Shown: one piece after another, positions 55,684 to 64,000 of the stretch
Layout: each line of letters begins with the position of its first letter
How positions within the stretch are numbered: the stretch's first letter is position 1
DNA from: a virus
Virus record (IMG/VR): IMGVR_UViG_3300008117_004657
Coordinates: 1-64,000 of that record
Direction: 5' to 3' (one strand)
DNA: 64,000 nt
Translations under genes and position numbers: made by a program
The notes under the pieces: model-generated
The model's input: only the letters and a program-made list of their open reading frames with translations
What the model was told of the DNA's origin: nothing
Database searches by the model: none

Positions 55684-57678
55684 TTATACCGTCTTTAATT
55701 CAACAACAACACTTGTTGGGTCAGTTTGATCAAAAGCTAACATTTTATTTTTAATCGACTGTAGAACTGTAGATTTAGGTCTAACATTTACGGTTAACTC
55801 ATCAAAGTCATTATCTATTGATAAAGGAGAAAAATCGTTTATTGTAATTTTACCTAAAACATAATCTATTGTTCCAGTAATTCCTTCATTCTTTGAAGCA
55901 TTTAAAATAACTTTCGTACTTTTGCTGGTAACTTCATCAGGTTTAAAATATGCTAAACGAATTTTACCGAATCTATTTTCTAAAACAGCTTCAGCTGTAG
56001 CTCCAGTTCCACCACCACCAATAATTCTTATAGCTGCGGTAGTGTAACCGATACCGGGATTAGTTACTTTTACGGAGTTTAATTTTCCATTTATTATAAT
56101 AGCCGTTGCTTTAGCTCCTCTACCATCACCAACAATTTCAATAGTAGGAGTGGTAGTATAATTTGATCCTGGAGTTATAACTGAAATTGTTTCTACTCCA
56201 GTAAACGAAGAAGGAACTTCTTCAATAAAACAAGTTCTTTCGACAAGATTTTCGTCTAATATAGTAAATGTTGGAGAAGAATAAAAATTATCTAAAGTTG
56301 TACCTCTGGATAGTTCAACTCCAAAATCTAAAATATAAGTATTTGTTTGATTTAATCTAAGTTTTGATGAACTAAAAATAGAATTAAATTTATTTAAATT
56401 TAAATTAGAAAAAGAATTTATAGCTGTGCTAATTTTTGATTGTAATGTTTGAGAATTTAAATCCGTTTTTGTTGGATCATAATAAACTGTAGAAATTAAT
56501 TTTACATAGTTATAATCAACGTCAACAAATTCTGGAGTAACAGTTAGAACACTTATTGGCTTAACGATTTCATTTATAAAAAAATCTTTTTCTGTGTCAG
56601 AAACTTCAAATCCTAATTTTGGTTTAGCAGAAATAAAAACTTTACCATAAACAGGAGGAATATTTTCTTCGCCACCCCAAACATTTACGGCATCAAATTG
56701 TGGATATTTTTGTTGTATTAATTTTACATAATCATTTTTTGTAACAGCTCTATTCTGAGAAATAAACTGTAAAGGAGCAGCAAATTTAATTTGATCTACA
56801 GATTCTTTCTCTGATCCTCCTGCTGATGCTGCAACTGGAATCACCGTAAAAGTGGTGAATGAAGAAACTGGTGACGTAGCTACAAAATTATTTGCTTTGT
56901 TTGCAACAGAACCGCTGGTTGAAAGATAGGTTACATTCACAACTCCACCATCAGGTATTTTTTTACCAATAATATTATCGCCAAAATAAATTTCGTATTG
57001 ATTATTAAGGCCTTCTTGTAAAAAATAGACGTTCGAATTTGATGTTAGATTTAACACATCGGTTGCTAAACTATAAACAACTGAGTCTGTATTAGATGAT
57101 GCTTGCTGTACAGTAACTTTTAATGTTGAAGTGTCTACATTTTCGTTTGGTATAGTAAATATTTGTTTTGGATTAGAAGATTCTGAGTAATTAAAAGAAT
57201 ATCTGTTAAGAGTTCCTTCATATATCTTCAAATTATTAAATACAAAATTTGTTCCTGTTTTTGTTACTGTGGTATCTTCCAACGTAACAAAATTATAAAC
57301 TTTATTATCGATTAGACTAGAAAGAAATACATATCCCCTAGGTAAAGTTAAACTACCTGGTGTAGAGTTTAAACTATTAATAGTAAAATTAATCGTTGCC
57401 CTTGCAGCTGTTGCTGATCTAGGAACGTAACCAAACTTTTTAGAATGAGAGACAACAGAATTTCTAAGTAAAGCCGTATCCAAAAAAGATTCATTTGCTA
57501 TCATGTTTAGATAGTAAGCATTATAATGCGTGTTATAAGCCAAAATATCTAAAAGAACACTTAATCCGGAACCATCAAAATCATAGTCAGTAAATTCATT
57601 TTGACTTTTTAAAAAATTTTTTAAATTTGTTTTGATTTCATCAAAATCAAGTTCTGTTACTCTTAAACGATCTGTCAT
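55684..57678 (-). CDS. gp6: Baseplate wedge subunit gp6
   Basis: ELDFDEIKTNLKNFL, DYDFDGSGLSVLLDILAYNTHY, QNRAVT..DY, WGGEEN.PP.YGKVFIS. Confidence 0.93.
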   Translation of the reverse strand: MTDRLRVTELDFDEIKTNLKNFLKSQNEFTDYDFDGSGLSVLLDILAYNTHYNAYYLNMIANESFLDTALLRNSVVSHSKKFGYVPRSATAARATINFTINSLNSTPGSLTLPRGYVFLSSLIDNKVYNFVTLEDTTVTKTGTNFVFNNLKIYEGTLNRYSFNYSESSNPKQIFTIPNENVDTSTLKVTVQQASSNTDSVVYSLATDVLNLTSNSNVYFLQEGLNNQYEIYFGDNIIGKKIPDGGVVNVTYLSTSGSVANKANNFVATSPVSSFTTFTVIPVAASAGGSEKESVDQIKFAAPLQFISQNRAVTKNDYVKLIQQKYPQFDAVNVWGGEENIPPVYGKVFISAKPKLGFEVSDTEKDFFINEIVKPISVLTVTPEFVDVDYNYVKLISTVYYDPTKTDLNSQTLQSKISTAINSFSNLNLNKFNSIFSSSKLRLNQTNTYILDFGVELSRGTTLDNFYSSPTFTILDENLVERTCFIEEVPSSFTGVETISVITPGSNYTTTPTIEIVGDGRGAKATAIIINGKLNSVKVTNPGIGYTTAAIRIIGGGGTGATAEAVLENRFGKIRLAYFKPDEVTSKSTKVILNASKNEGITGTIDYVLGKITINDFSPLSIDNDFDELTVNVRPKSTVLQSIKNKMLAFDQTDPTSVVVELKTV

Positions 57679-58083
57679 TTATCTTACTCGATCTAGAAAA
57701 AAAGTTATTGTTATGGGTTCAGTTCTATTTACTATAGTAAATTCCATATCTACTGTAAAACCATTGTTGTCATAATCAGGTAAAGCTCTAACTCTGTAAA
57801 CGGAAGCCCTAGGCTCAAAGTTTCTTATGGTTTGAAGAATTTCTCTTTCTAACGCAGAAGCCGTAACAAAATCTAAATTTTCAAATAATAATTTCGAGAC
57901 ATTTGACCCTATTTCTGGTTGAAAAGGTCGTTCATAATGGTTGGTTAAAACCAAATTTTTAATAGAATTAATCACAGACATTTCTGCTGTGTGTTTATTA
58001 ATATCTTTTTTTATTGGATGAACATTAAAAAGGAGGTCTAAATCCTTATAAGTTCTTGCAACATTAGTAGTAATTGTGGCCAT
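57679..58083 (-). CDS. gp25: Baseplate wedge subunit gp25
   Basis: YKDLDL.F..HP, SIKNLVLT...ERPFQPEIGS, IRNFEPR. Confidence 0.93.
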   Translation of the reverse strand: MATITTNVARTYKDLDLLFNVHPIKKDINKHTAEMSVINSIKNLVLTNHYERPFQPEIGSNVSKLLFENLDFVTASALEREILQTIRNFEPRASVYRVRALPDYDNNGFTVDMEFTIVNRTEPITITFFLDRVR

Positions 58084-58087
58084 CTAT

Positions 58088-58094
58088 TATTTAT
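58088..58094 (-). promoter_or_regulatory. Candidate late promoter (ATAAATA) upstream of gp25
   Basis: tatttat overlapping the upstream stop, 4 nt before the ATG. Confidence 0.4.
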
Positions 58095-58903
58095 TCAATT
58101 CCTAAAGAGGTTTTGAGTTTCGCAGTTCCTATTTTATTGGCAATTAGACTTTTCTCAGTACTTCCTGAATTTTGAAGCCCATTTAATATCTGGAAATCTT
58201 TTAAAATTTGTTGGGAAGTATAAAAATAGTTCTCATCTTCAGTTCTTCTTGTATAAAGTAATGTATTTGCGGTGTTTATAATCACGTTCATTGCATTTAC
58301 TTCAGATGTGTTTAGTGAAGAAGGTACGGTCTGTAATGAATTTTTTGTATTTCCTATACTCCAATTATTAGCAGACAACTCGTCCTCAATATATAAACTA
58401 GTAAATTGATTCAAGATAGGAGTGGAATTTCTAACATTATCAGTTGTTCCTAGTATCGTTAGTAACATTCCACCAGATCCAACACAATCTTGATAATTAG
58501 GTTTTATAACTCCTGTAGAAGAATCAAAATAACTTTCCGAAACACCCGATATTCTATTTGTATGTTGTAAAAATAAATTTAATTGAGTTACCAAATTATT
58601 AGAAGAATTGGCTAGATTCTGTACGGCAGCCGTTGAAGATGGATAATTATTGGCTGGATCCGAAGTGCATAAAGTTATTATTAAATTTAAATTAGAAGAT
58701 ATACTAGAAACATAAGATGCAACAGGATTTTGAAAATAATCTGAACGTGTTACTGCACCGTTAGCTAAGTCACTAGCTGCCCAAGAACTTATTTTTATAG
58801 GACCAGTATTTAAAAAAGCTTTAGCTCTATCACTTAAATTGATATCATCACCGAATTTGGTCGAATTGAAAGTAGTTGTTAATCTATTTAAAACATTTGC
58901 CAT
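58091..58903 (-). CDS. Hypothetical (probably virion) protein between the spike gene and gp25
   Basis: 270-aa ORF translationally coupled to the spike gene; no motif recognised. Confidence 0.65.
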   Translation of the reverse strand: MANVLNRLTTTFNSTKFGDDINLSDRAKAFLNTGPIKISSWAASDLANGAVTRSDYFQNPVASYVSSISSNLNLIITLCTSDPANNYPSSTAAVQNLANSSNNLVTQLNLFLQHTNRISGVSESYFDSSTGVIKPNYQDCVGSGGMLLTILGTTDNVRNSTPILNQFTSLYIEDELSANNWSIGNTKNSLQTVPSSLNTSEVNAMNVIINTANTLLYTRRTEDENYFYTSQQILKDFQILNGLQNSGSTEKSLIANKIGTAKLKTSLGIE

Positions 58904-59715
58904 TATAAAGCTCCTATGCTAGGAATTCCAGTAACTCCTCCAGAATCTCCTGGATGAAAATGATATGTATACGCATGTCTGAATATCTGTATTGGTCCAA
59001 CAATATCGTTCAAAACGGGTGCTGTAACCGAAGAAAGTGACGAAATAGGACCAGCAGAATATATTCCAGGCAAAATAGGACCTGCGTCGGGAAGGCCAAC
59101 TAAAACTCCAGTAGGAGTTACTAATCCTAAAGCACCAAAAACTTTTTTACTTGCTATTATATTTTCAGAACAAGCAATAGGTCCTGTAGAAGATATTCCT
59201 CCGTTTACTGTTAAATCACCTTCGACATGAACCGAAAAAGGAGCATTTAAATTAATTTGTCCAGTTAAACCGCCAGCTGTTATATTTACATCTGCTTCTG
59301 AAGTTAAATTTACCTCACCGGTGACAACAGCGTCCATCTGACCTTCAATGTTTTGATAAACATTACCTTCAATGTTTTGATAAACATCTCCCTTAACATT
59401 TAACTTAGAGTCACCTTCTATAGTCACAGAGCAATAACCTTTTATCAAAACATGATTGTTCTTAACAACTATTTCATAATTATCACCAATAATTTTATGT
59501 ATCTCGGTTCCATCAGATTGTATTTCAGTATAATTTCCTATTCTATGTTGTAATCTTATTCGTTCAAACGATGGGGTATCATCCATCTCAACAAAATGTC
59601 CAGAATCAGAATAAAATCCTTTTACATGAGGATAAACTGAATTATTTGCTTGAGAATCGGGTTCATACCAAGTACTATCACCTTCTGGTTTTTTAACTTC
59701 TGTATCTGCCATCAC
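58903..59715 (-). CDS. gp5: Baseplate central spike, gp5 C-terminal beta-helix part with HxH apex
   Basis: YPH...SDSGHFVEMDDTP..ERIRLQH..G.Y.EI..DG, VxGN-type octapeptide repeats, C-terminal HFHPGDSGG.TG. Confidence 0.85.
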   Translation of the reverse strand: MMADTEVKKPEGDSTWYEPDSQANNSVYPHVKGFYSDSGHFVEMDDTPSFERIRLQHRIGNYTEIQSDGTEIHKIIGDNYEIVVKNNHVLIKGYCSVTIEGDSKLNVKGDVYQNIEGNVYQNIEGQMDAVVTGEVNLTSEADVNITAGGLTGQINLNAPFSVHVEGDLTVNGGISSTGPIACSENIIASKKVFGALGLVTPTGVLVGLPDAGPILPGIYSAGPISSLSSVTAPVLNDIVGPIQIFRHAYTYHFHPGDSGGVTGIPSIGAL

Positions 59716-61523
59716 TATACCTTTTCAAATGTTGCTTCTATCGCTTTAATTTCTGTATACACTATCGCTGTTGCTTCTACTGTTTCTGTTGCTGTTTGAA
59801 TTGTACTTTGCGTTTGTTTTACCAAATCAGTTACCTCGGAAAAAGATACACTTCCACCACTATCACCAGTCAAAGACAATGATTCGGAAAAAGCATCATT
59901 TAATGAATTGAAAAAGTGATTCAAACAGTCTTGTAATAAAACTAAAAGTCTTGCTGGTAAACTTAATATCCAATTTATTAATTGTCTTATTTGTGCCGTA
60001 ATTTTTGCAATCTCCAAAACTATCTCATTTATAAATTTTAAAAACTTTTGAATACTTTTAAGAACAGCTGTTAAAAGTTTAGCCGTTTCTTTAATCCACT
60101 GAGCCGTAGCAGAATTTCCATCAATTGGAAAAAGAGCAAGTATTTTATCTCTTAACCATCTAACAGCTTGAATTATTTCTTGTCTTTTAGTAAGAATCTT
60201 TAATCTAGTTTCATAAGAAATATCACAATTCCAAGTTTTATCATTATTTGATTTTTCTATAGCTACGCTATCCGAAGGATCTATAATTGTACTCAGTTGG
60301 CCAGATTTTGAACCATTAAGATTTGTTGATTGTAAATAAGATTCTTCACTTATTCTACCTTTCGAATCTATTGGTATTAATTTTTTTCTGTCCGGTATAG
60401 AAGGTCCAGGCTGTAATGCGTAACCAGGCAAGTAGAAAAAATATCCTGTCCAATTACCTATCAATTCTTCTTGCGTATTATAAACTTTTCCAGAAGTTTC
60501 ATCATATCGGCCAACTCTAGCATCCAATGATCTCGCCTGTTCTATAGAAGTTAAAGAATTTGGAGCATTCGGAGCCTGAGACTTTAACTCTGCAAGTTGT
60601 TTATCTATTTCTTGTATTTTAAGACTTTGTTTATCTATATCTGATTGAATGGATTTTTTAAGATCATTTACTCTATTTAATTGATTTTTAGAATTTGAAA
60701 TAAGATTAGCTAAAGTACTTTCTGCATCAAATAAATTACGATTTAATAACCCTAATCTATCTACTAATTTTGTTCTTTCAGATAGTTGTTCAGCGGTAAC
60801 TTCATCAGTATATTGTTCTAATGTTAAACCATTCTTTTTTTCATCACTATTATCATAAGTTACAATAGCAAAATTTCTTAAAGATTTTATGTTTGTATCC
60901 AACTGTTCAATTCTACTGTCGTAAGATTGACCAGATATTGGACCAATTGAACCAACATCATTTAAAAAATTATCACGTTCAAGTTTTAAGTTTTCAATAG
61001 TAGAAGTATAAGCAACTTCATCTATAGGTGAAACTTGATATTTTTCTTCATCCGTATTTAAAGCATTTAATTCTTCTAGGTTAGCATTTAACTGACCTTC
61101 TAATTGTTTTTTTTCAAATTCTAAATCAGATATTTTATTTTTAATCGTTGAATAGTCCACCGGACTTTCATTTAAAAATTTTTGATTTTCACTATCATAT
61201 TTTAGATAAAGTCTTGGATCTCTATTTCCAGTTATTTTTAAGTAAGGAGAAGGTGAATGCCACTCTAAAGCATCTTGAGCAGCAAACGATCTCATTGCAT
61301 TTCCAAAAGAAAATTTATATCTGACTTTTATTGGAGTCCATATTTTTGGAATAGAAACAACATTTGGAGATTGTGTTGAAAATGCCCAAGGAAGATTTTC
61401 GAAAGGAGTTTTAATTCCAGTTATATCATGTACACCGTAAATGAAAACTTGAAGTCGACCTATTCCAAGTGGGTCAGCATTATTCACAACTATAGCATCT
61501 CGTTCTACAACTTGCATCGTCAT
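59715..61523 (-). CDS. gp5 N-terminal OB-fold-like domain fused to long coiled-coil/helical regions
   Basis: IVVNNADPLGIGRLQVFIYGVH...LPWA (gp5 OB signature), followed by heptad-rich helical sequence; no lysozyme motif recognised. Confidence 0.7.
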   Translation of the reverse strand: MTMQVVERDAIVVNNADPLGIGRLQVFIYGVHDITGIKTPFENLPWAFSTQSPNVVSIPKIWTPIKVRYKFSFGNAMRSFAAQDALEWHSPSPYLKITGNRDPRLYLKYDSENQKFLNESPVDYSTIKNKISDLEFEKKQLEGQLNANLEELNALNTDEEKYQVSPIDEVAYTSTIENLKLERDNFLNDVGSIGPISGQSYDSRIEQLDTNIKSLRNFAIVTYDNSDEKKNGLTLEQYTDEVTAEQLSERTKLVDRLGLLNRNLFDAESTLANLISNSKNQLNRVNDLKKSIQSDIDKQSLKIQEIDKQLAELKSQAPNAPNSLTSIEQARSLDARVGRYDETSGKVYNTQEELIGNWTGYFFYLPGYALQPGPSIPDRKKLIPIDSKGRISEESYLQSTNLNGSKSGQLSTIIDPSDSVAIEKSNNDKTWNCDISYETRLKILTKRQEIIQAVRWLRDKILALFPIDGNSATAQWIKETAKLLTAVLKSIQKFLKFINEIVLEIAKITAQIRQLINWILSLPARLLVLLQDCLNHFFNSLNDAFSESLSLTGDSGGSVSFSEVTDLVKQTQSTIQTATETVEATAIVYTEIKAIEATFEKV

Positions 61524-61544
61524 ATATTTTACCTTTTAATTTTT

Positions 61545-62897
61545 TTATGCAAAGGATTCGTGGGCATAATCAACAACTCCAATCATTTTATCACTCATAT
61601 CGCTTCTATTTGAACTGTTTGTACAAGCTTCAAAAATAGTCTCATGTTTATTGTCAGGAGTTAATTTGTGTCTAGCTGCAATCACCAAATAGTGTCCATA
61701 CAAAGTTCTATCCAAATTATTTTCGCCAGGAATTTTTTCTGAAAATTTTGGTATATTTAAATATACGTTTACTCCAGACGAAACAGCAAAATTTCCAGGA
61801 ATAACTAACTTAACTCTTTGAGAAAAGAGATTTGTAAATATTGATTTCCGTTGAAATAATATTTGTTCGTAATTTATCTTTTTCTCAAATTCACCAGGAC
61901 TATTTTCTTTAACATCATTTAAAGAACTAGTTACTAAACTGGTTGAACCTTCAACAATACTAGATTCAGAAAAAGTGTTTAAAATATCACCATCAGTAAG
62001 TTTTAAATTTGCTACAGCTGGGCCATTATTTCTGGAATTTTTAGGATGATTTATAGAATTATAATCAAAATTTAATTCCATACTTTGTCCTATATTTCTA
62101 TCATATCCAATAAATTTACCAGAATAAACTCCATTTTTAATGTTTGTTAATATATCAAATTGTTGAATTACTTGAAAATATCTAGCCCCTAACATATCCT
62201 TGGATTCGTCTGAGCTATTTAAATTTTTAGGATCAAAATTTATATTTACAACAGATTCTTTATTTAACAAATTACTCAAACTTGTAAAATTATAACCAAA
62301 AATATTTTCATAAAATAAGAAACAAGGCCTGTGTTCCATATCAATAGACAATTTTGCTATCCACAATATAGCATCAATTGGATTTAAATATAGAGGAACT
62401 ATTACGTCTCTAATTCCTAAAGAATCATTAAATTCTCCTCCTTTAATTTTTTCTTCAGGAGTTTTCATATAATCTCTAAGTATTTTAAGAGTTGTATTAG
62501 TATAAGTTGTATTTAAAAAACACTGACCAACTTTTTTAAACTGAGATGTTATATATTCTTCAGAAATGAAATGAAGTATATAAGTTTCTTTATTTTGATT
62601 AACGACCGTTCTATCAGATTGTTTATAAATCCTAAACATTCTTTTAATGTCCAACAAATCATCATCAACTTTACCAATATGAATTTTTAAAAAATCGTTA
62701 CCATCAAATAAAAAGGAATCCGATAGCCCAGAAGAATCTTCTATTAATATATTTCCAGTTAAACAAGGTTGCAGTATAGAATCAAAAATATTTAATTCTT
62801 TATAGTGACCAATAAGAGTTCTTTCAGTTTTATCTTTTGCAACTAGACTTAGTTCTTTTATTCTAAATCCAGTTGAAATTAAGTAATCATAGCTCAT
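61545..62897 (-). CDS. Putative baseplate hub protein (gp27-like position and size)
   Basis: LNIFDSI...LTGNILIED, FLFYEN..GYNF.SL, IPGNF..SSG, GHYLV.A.RH; lies between gp53 and gp5. Confidence 0.6.
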   Translation of the reverse strand: MSYDYLISTGFRIKELSLVAKDKTERTLIGHYKELNIFDSILQPCLTGNILIEDSSGLSDSFLFDGNDFLKIHIGKVDDDLLDIKRMFRIYKQSDRTVVNQNKETYILHFISEEYITSQFKKVGQCFLNTTYTNTTLKILRDYMKTPEEKIKGGEFNDSLGIRDVIVPLYLNPIDAILWIAKLSIDMEHRPCFLFYENIFGYNFTSLSNLLNKESVVNINFDPKNLNSSDESKDMLGARYFQVIQQFDILTNIKNGVYSGKFIGYDRNIGQSMELNFDYNSINHPKNSRNNGPAVANLKLTDGDILNTFSESSIVEGSTSLVTSSLNDVKENSPGEFEKKINYEQILFQRKSIFTNLFSQRVKLVIPGNFAVSSGVNVYLNIPKFSEKIPGENNLDRTLYGHYLVIAARHKLTPDNKHETIFEACTNSSNRSDMSDKMIGVVDYAHESFA

Positions 62898-62898
62898 A

Positions 62899-63552
62899 TT
62901 ATTTTGTTAATTCTTTAAACTCTTTTTCCAATAAAGGAACAAATTCTGTTTTTAATAATTTAATTTTTCTTTTGTTTTCATTATTTTCTAATTCGTATTC
63001 ATAATAAGTTTTTGATCCTCTTGTTTTTTTAAGTTCTATTTGTGTACTGTCACTTAACGTATAGTTATTAGTTGTTACTGGAGATGTATTAGCATAGTCT
63101 TGTTGAGTTATAATTAAAGTTTTTTCTGTATATTCTCCCGTACTAATTACGGTATTTTTTTCTTTTATAAAATACTCTTTTATATTGGATTTTGACCAAG
63201 ATAAACCGCTTACTGAAGTGTTAGCAGAGTCAGCATAATTATTTGCAGAATATTTTGAATTAATATATTTGTTTAAAGTTATGTAATTCATTGGCCAGTC
63301 AATTAATGGATTAATTATATTATTAACCATCAATATTATCCAATGTCTTTCCGAGGAATTATAAAATTTATCAGCTAAAATTTCTGGAGTTTCTCCTTCG
63401 GGAACTATGTAATCATAATACACAACAGAATTTTCTTTGAATCCTTCATTAAATTTAAACTTAAAAGTTAAATTCGTTATAATATCTAAAGAGGGTTGAT
63501 CTCTATCAGAAAAATAAACAACTTTAGGAAAGTAATTAAAAAATTTTGCCAT
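62899..63552 (-). CDS. gp53: Baseplate wedge subunit gp53
   Basis: FF.YFP.V.Y, YDY.V.EGETPEILA.KFY....HWIILMVN.I.NP..DWP, YEYE...NE.KR.IKLL. Confidence 0.9.
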   Translation of the reverse strand: MAKFFNYFPKVVYFSDRDQPSLDIITNLTFKFKFNEGFKENSVVYYDYIVPEGETPEILADKFYNSSERHWIILMVNNIINPLIDWPMNYITLNKYINSKYSANNYADSANTSVSGLSWSKSNIKEYFIKEKNTVISTGEYTEKTLIITQQDYANTSPVTTNNYTLSDSTQIELKKTRGSKTYYEYELENNENKRKIKLLKTEFVPLLEKEFKELTK

Positions 63553-63563
63553 TTAATAGCGCC

Positions 63564-64000
63564 TTATCTTAAATCTTTAGATTCATTATAACGAGTTTCA
63601 ATAGAACCACTACTGTCAGAAGTAAAGTCTGTTGTAACGACATTATTAAAATTGTCTTTAGTCAGAATTTCTGTTTCTTGGAAATTCAGTGATAACTTTA
63701 TGCCTACTGGCATACCAGTTTTTCCTAATGCTGGAGCTCCACCATTTTCAGGAACTTCATACGCAGACCAACCGTTTGGAGCATAATCAGTGTCTATAGA
63801 CGTTAAAACACAAGTTGAAATTCTAGGTATGTTAGGATTAATTCTACCATTGTAGTAAAATTCAATATCAAACTCTGAAGGAGGCACCATAAAAAAACCT
63901 CCTAATGCGCCTATACCTTCTTTGAAAATTTCTGGTGCTTGATGAAATCTTAATCTGTTTAATATTCTTTGTACTTCAAGAGCTTCTTTAGAACTTCTAG
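63564..64000 (-). CDS. gp48: Baseplate tail-tube cap gp48-like (partial; starts beyond the right edge)
   Basis: The frame is open to the window edge: PRSSKEALEVQRILNRLRFHQAPE...PPSEFDIEF...CVLTSIDTDYAPNG...LSLNFQETEILTK. Confidence 0.8.
   Translation of the reverse strand, partial: RSSKEALEVQRILNRLRFHQAPEIFKEGIGALGGFFMVPPSEFDIEFYYNGRINPNIPRISTCVLTSIDTDYAPNGWSAYEVPENGGAPALGKTGMPVGIKLSLNFQETEILTKDNFNNVVTTDFTSDSSGSIETRYNESKDLR

Noticed and set aside
17964-61613. Small ORFs nested in or antisense to enzyme and baseplate genes (e.g. 35507..35704, 41767..42084, 49082..50092, 61428..61613)
   Set aside because: They overlap well-supported genes on the opposite strand; the TIITVTC repeat in 35507..35704 is just the antisense of the Cys repeat.
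1-64000. Stop-codon reassignment, tRNA/rRNA genes, introns/inteins or mobile elements
   Set aside because: Genes are full length in the standard code and use TAA, TAG and TGA as stops; intergenic gaps are too short for structured RNAs; no homing endonuclease, intein or transposase motifs were recognised.

Overview
This window is part of the genome of a large, AT-rich T4-like (gp5/6/7/8/25/48/53-type baseplate) myophage, almost all encoded on the minus strand. Read right to left it holds: (1) a baseplate/tail module at about 41.8-64 kb (gp48, gp53, a hub candidate, a split lysozyme-less gp5, gp25, gp6, gp7, gp8, a 2067-aa DUF4815-type protein and a fibre with a C-terminal chaperone). (2) A roughly 23.6-kb enzyme island at 18.1-41.8 kb lying between fibre genes. 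It encodes nine radical SAM enzymes (two with full SPASM domains, one B12-binding type), an A-type Fe-S carrier (ErpA/IscA), a U32-like protein, a flavin-dependent halogenase, a split transketolase, UDP-glucose dehydrogenase, SDR sugar enzymes, glycosyltransferases, sulfotransferases and deacetylases. Among them sits a 308-aa fibre-like protein with a 12-Cys (CxCNCNY)x4 repeat directly before a peptidase-S74-type autocleaving chaperone. (3) A chain of giant Ala/Asn heptad-repeat fibres and small adaptor-like proteins at 1-18 kb, one fibre gene being broken at two repeat junctions. The best candidate for an undescribed system is a phage-encoded, RiPP-like machinery that post-translationally modifies a virion fibre tip. 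All family calls come from motif recognition by eye; no database searches were run.
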